NCBI GenBank assembly: GCA_965250005.1
Contig: OZ252279.1
Coordinates: 1,170,001 to 1,202,000, forward strand
Reading direction: 5' to 3'
DNA length: 32,000 bases
Source of the DNA: Demequinaceae bacterium
Lineage (GTDB): Bacteria; Actinomycetota; Actinomycetes; Actinomycetales; Demequinaceae
Position 1 is the first letter of the stretch, and each line of letters opens with the position of its first letter. A program made the position numbers and the translations under genes. This document shows, piece after piece, positions 30,918 through 32,000 of the stretch. The notes beneath the pieces are model-generated. The model saw only the letters and a list, made by a program, of their open reading frames with translations, was not told where the DNA came from and did not search any database.

Positions 30918-31734
30918 CGGCACGCAGCCGGCGGCTCGAATGCGCGCGCCCAACCCTCGCCGCTGGCGCCTCGCCGTCACCGAAGTCTGGCCCGCGCTCG
31001 CCGTGGGCGTCGCGCTAATCGCGGCGTGGTCTTGGGGCTCGCAAGCCGCCGATTCACTTCCCTCTCCCTTGGAGACGCTTGAGGCGCTAGGAGACATGGC
31101 CGGATCCGGCCAGTTATTCTTGATCGCCGCGAAGGTCTTCGCGTTCATGGCTGTCACGAGCGCGCTGAGCGCGGCCGTCGGCGTGCCGTGGGGGATCGCG
31201 TCCGGCTCGTGGCGCTGGCTCGACCGCGCGACCTCGCCCTACTTGTCCGCCATGCGCGCACTGCCTTCTGGCATGTGGATACCTGTGGCAGCGGTCTTGG
31301 TTGGTGGAAGCATCGGCGCGATGGGAGCCGTCGTCATCCTCGGTGCGCTACCGGCGATGGTGCTGGCAACCAAACAGGCCGTCGGTACGATCCCTCCGCT
31401 ACTTCTGCGCGCGGGCCGGACCTTCGGTGCCGGCAAACAAGACCTCATGCGCCGCGTGGTGCTGCCTGCTGCACTTCCTGGGATTGTCGATGGCGTCGAA
31501 CTCGGCTGGGCGATGGGGTTCCGCGCGCTCGTCGCCGGAGAGATTTTCTTCGGAGCAATAGGCGGCACCGGCATCGGCGCTGTCATTGCCGGGAGCCGCG
31601 AATCTGGCGACCTCGCCCCCATGCTCGCCACCATCGCTGTGATCCTCGCGGTCGGTATCGCGATGGACAGGTTGGTTTTTGGGGCAGTCCACCACCGCAT
31701 GCGAAGAAGCCGCGGGCTCGTCGATACCGTCTGA
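30904..31734 (+). CDS. ABC transporter permease, NitT/TauT family (BPD_transp_1 type, about 6 TM)
   Basis: I chose the ATG at 30904 (MSRSSGTQPAARMRAPNPRRWRLAVTEVWPALAVGVALIAAW...). It overlaps the ATPase gene by 14 nt. 276 aa. The upstream part of the track ORF (from 30688) lies out of frame inside the ATPase gene. Confidence 0.85.
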   Translation: MSRSSGTQPAARMRAPNPRRWRLAVTEVWPALAVGVALIAAWSWGSQAADSLPSPLETLEALGDMAGSGQLFLIAAKVFAFMAVTSALSAAVGVPWGIASGSWRWLDRATSPYLSAMRALPSGMWIPVAAVLVGGSIGAMGAVVILGALPAMVLATKQAVGTIPPLLLRAGRTFGAGKQDLMRRVVLPAALPGIVDGVELGWAMGFRALVAGEIFFGAIGGTGIGAVIAGSRESGDLAPMLATIAVILAVGIAMDRLVFGAVHHRMRRSRGLVDTV

Positions 31735-31804
31735 TCTAGACCCCCGTGCGGCCCGCGCGACCTCAACGGTGTGGTTCGGACGGGTGCGGTGAGATGATGG
31801 AAGT

Positions 31805-32000
31805 GTGAATCAACGCCTCGACCCCAAGGGCCTGGCGTTCGCGTTCGCCGCGTACGGGATCTGGGGCTTCTTCCCTGTCCTGATGGCCGAGTTGCGGCCG
31901 GCGGGCCCCATCGAGATTGCCGCGCACCGAGCGCTGTGGTCCCTCGCCGTTGCCGCGATCATCCTGCTCGCCTGGCGACGCTGGGGCGCCCTCTGGGCGG
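31805..32000 (+). CDS. rarD: EamA/RarD-family transporter, N-terminal 65 codons (continues past the window end)
   Basis: My translation from GTG 31805 is VNQRLDPKGLAFAFAAYGIWGFFPVLMAELRPAGPIEIAAHRALWSLAVAAIILLAWRRWGALWA. It matches the RarD N-terminal pattern (G..LA..AY.IWG..P........P..EI..HR..WS). An in-frame stop at 31790-31792 limits upstream extension. Confidence 0.7.
   Translation, partial: MNQRLDPKGLAFAFAAYGIWGFFPVLMAELRPAGPIEIAAHRALWSLAVAAIILLAWRRWGALWA

Overview
High-GC, actinobacterial-type chromosomal DNA, roughly 90% coding. I recognised no rRNA, CRISPR, transposase, integrase or phage genes. All functional calls come from reading motifs in the translations by eye; no database search or folding program was run. 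Layout: (1) Minus strand 1-5501 carries the conserved block tRNA-Trp, secE, nusG, rplK, rplA, rplJ, rplL and the 5' part of rpoB. The rpoB start was found by hand because it is absent from the ORF track. (2) Plus strand 5707-16783 holds aspC and then about 9.8 kb of accessory-looking envelope genes. These are a DrrAB-like ABC-2 exporter, a tiny secreted hyper-acidic His/Asp/Glu-repeat protein, an OmpR-type two-component system (kinase first), a NarL-type two-component system with an intramembrane-type kinase, and a MacB/FtsX-type ABC exporter. (3) Minus strand 16858-20623 returns to core genes: murB, an MFS transporter, two MaoC/Had-like dehydratases, rpmG (54 aa, hand-found), tRNA-Met and tRNA-Thr. 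(4) The rest is ycaQ, tRNA-Tyr, yajQ, htpX, fprA, then a divergent sulfate-assimilation operon sirA-cysH-cysD-cysN joined to a NitT/TauT-type ABC importer that lacks a binding-protein gene, then the start of rarD. I did not find a convincing defence island or mobile element. The best candidates for something undescribed are modest. (i) A signal-peptide protein with an (HDD[D]E)n tail sits directly upstream of a kinase-regulator pair. (ii) A 20-of-21-nt identical motif occurs once upstream of the NarL-type system and once upstream of the FtsX-type ABC operon, which suggests a self-contained four-component sense-and-export module. (iii) The 327-bp fprA/sirA divergent region is rich in dyads and repeats.
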